A DNA stretch of 64,000 bases from Bacteroidia bacterium (GTDB lineage: Bacteria > Bacteroidota > Bacteroidia > Bacteroidales > CAJPTX01). The notes below the pieces were generated by a model. The model saw only the letters and a list, made by a program, of their open reading frames with translations, was not told the DNA's origin and did no database searches. Every line of letters starts with the position of its first letter. The first letter of the stretch is position 1. Below are positions 62,631 through 64,000 of the stretch, piece after piece. The stretch covers positions 163,998 through 227,997 of the forward strand of contig CAJPTC010000001.1 of assembly GCA_905373475.1 (NCBI GenBank), read 5' to 3'. A program made the position numbers and the translations under genes.

Positions 62631-64000
62631 ATGAGCAAGTTAATAAAACGTCTGGGGAAGCATTTCTACGGTGCTAATCCGCAAGAGAGGAGGAAAGGAA
62701 TACGGAATTTGTTCGCATTCCTGTTTTGTAGTCTGATTTTTATTGCCTTTTGGTTTATTCCTCCAAATGTGTACGGGCTTCCCTCTGACCTCCCTATAAC
62801 GCAGCAGCGAGTTATAGCGCTGTTTATCTTTGCGGCGCTACTTTGGATAGCCGAGCCCGTGCCTGCGTGGGTCACATCCATAACTGTGTTAGTACTCTTG
62901 TTGCTCACGGTCTCAGACAGTGGGTTTACGATCTTCCGTGCAGATAGCGAAGGCTCTTTAGGTACGCTCATCAACCATCAAACCCTCATTCATACATTTG
63001 CCGATCCTATCATTATGCTCTTCATGGGCGGCTTTGTGCTAGCTATGGCAGCAAGCCACGTAGGGCTCGATGTAGCGATAGCTCGTTTGCTGTTAAAACC
63101 TTTTGGAACGAAGTCGGAGTATGTGCTTTTAGCGTTCATATTCATTACAGGGCTTTTCTCCATGTTCATTAGCAACACAGCAACGGCGGCTCTCATGATA
63201 ACTATCCTCACGCCTGTGCTCAAGACGTTGCCCGAAGACGGGAAAGGACGAATAGCGCTTGCACTTGCCATTCCTATAGGTGCTAACATAGGCGGCATTG
63301 GTACCCCTATCGGAACGCCCCCCAATGCGATTGCTCTAAAATATTTGAACGATCCTGCGGGGCTAAATCTCAACATCGGGTTTGGTGAATGGGTTGCGTA
63401 CATGATGCCGCTGACGTTTATCCTCCTATTCGTCTCTTGGTTGTTGTTGAAATGGCTTTTCCCCTTTAAGCAGAAGCGCATTCATCTGGTTATAAAGGGC
63501 GGACTTAAGAAGGGCTGGCGCACACAAGTCGTGGAGATTACTTTTCTGCTTACCGTCTTACTCTGGATGTTCGATAAGCTAACAGGCATTCAGGCAGGCG
63601 TGGTGGCGTTAATTCCCATTGCCGTTTTCAGTCTTTTGGGCGTTATAACCAAGGACGATCTTGGAAAGATAAACTGGAGTGTTCTCTGGATGGTTGCGGG
63701 CGGTTTTGCATTGGGTGAAGGCATGAAAGAAACGGGGTTAGCGCAAACAATAGTGAGTTCCATTCCCTTTCATGCATGGCCAGCGTTTGTAGTTATTGTA
63801 GCCTCGGGGCTGGTATGTTGGTTGCTCTCCACCTTTATAAGCAACACCGCAACTGCCGCACTGCTGATGCCCATTCTTGCAGTAGTGGGAGTAGGTATGA
63901 CCGATCTTCTTCTTCCCTTCGGGGGCGAAAAGACGCTACTCATTGGGATTGCACTCTCGGCTTCGCTTGCTATGATGTTGCCCGTAAGCACGCCTCCTAA
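62631..64000 (+). CDS. DASS/SLC13-family anion:sodium symporter (3' end outside the window)
   Basis: Not in the ORF track because it has no stop within the window. I translated frame 3 from the ATG at 62631 to 64000 and found no stop. The product is highly hydrophobic with two FISNTATAAL(M/L) motifs typical of DASS transporters. The minus-strand ORFs 62666..62974, 62990..63481 and 63770..63991 are antisense artefacts. Confidence 0.8.
   Translation, partial: MSKLIKRLGKHFYGANPQERRKGIRNLFAFLFCSLIFIAFWFIPPNVYGLPSDLPITQQRVIALFIFAALLWIAEPVPAWVTSITVLVLLLLTVSDSGFTIFRADSEGSLGTLINHQTLIHTFADPIIMLFMGGFVLAMAASHVGLDVAIARLLLKPFGTKSEYVLLAFIFITGLFSMFISNTATAALMITILTPVLKTLPEDGKGRIALALAIPIGANIGGIGTPIGTPPNAIALKYLNDPAGLNLNIGFGEWVAYMMPLTFILLFVSWLLLKWLFPFKQKRIHLVIKGGLKKGWRTQVVEITFLLTVLLWMFDKLTGIQAGVVALIPIAVFSLLGVITKDDLGKINWSVLWMVAGGFALGEGMKETGLAQTIVSSIPFHAWPAFVVIVASGLVCWLLSTFISNTATAALLMPILAVVGVGMTDLLLPFGGEKTLLIGIALSASLAMMLPVSTPP

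Overview
This is a 64-kb chromosomal segment that looks Bacteroidota, possibly Bacteroidales or Porphyromonas-like. That guess rests on T9SS C-terminal sorting domains, uppS-bamA-skp-skp-murI synteny, TAnnTTTG -7 boxes and no Shine-Dalgarno sites, and is not verified. Housekeeping blocks: 0.5-14.1 kb (SpoU methylase, nitroreductase, rlmN, MATE pump, envelope cluster uppS-bamA-skp-skp-murI); 41.9-45.6 kb (NfnAB-like oxidoreductase pair, trkA); 47.1-53.2 kb (rsmE, small regulator cluster, nadK, ftcD); 55-59 kb (aldehyde dehydrogenase, zapA, candidate 6S RNA, rny). A DASS transporter ORF runs off the right edge and is missing from the ORF track. Accessory content: (i) A 27.8-kb island (14.1-41.9 kb) holds only four genes. 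Two solitary single-chain nuclease-methyltransferase (type IIG-like) enzymes on the minus strand alternate with two paralogous ~3000-aa secreted S8 (subtilisin) proteases that carry adhesin-like domain trains and T9SS sorting domains. The junctions are filled by a modular family of GTAG-flanked hairpin repeats (REP/BIME-like). RM1 is bracketed by ~260 bp of direct repeat, and the two giant genes share a 125-nt perfectly identical tract, which suggests gene conversion. (ii) A class II Fic cassette is bracketed by ~90-bp direct repeats, with a tandem palindrome array over its promoter. (iii) An atypical OmpR-type response regulator (phospho-acceptor Asp replaced by Glu) sits next to a DUF1987/SiaC-like protein and a GH16-like protein lacking both catalytic Glu. 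(iv) There is a third, smaller S8/T9SS paralogue. (v) An RloB-like fragment lies at the left edge. I saw no integrase, transposase, tRNA, rRNA, CRISPR or cas gene. I cannot delimit a clean new multi-gene system from sequence alone. The best candidates for something undescribed are the repeat-bracketed cassette organisation of the RM/giant-protease island and the repeat family itself.
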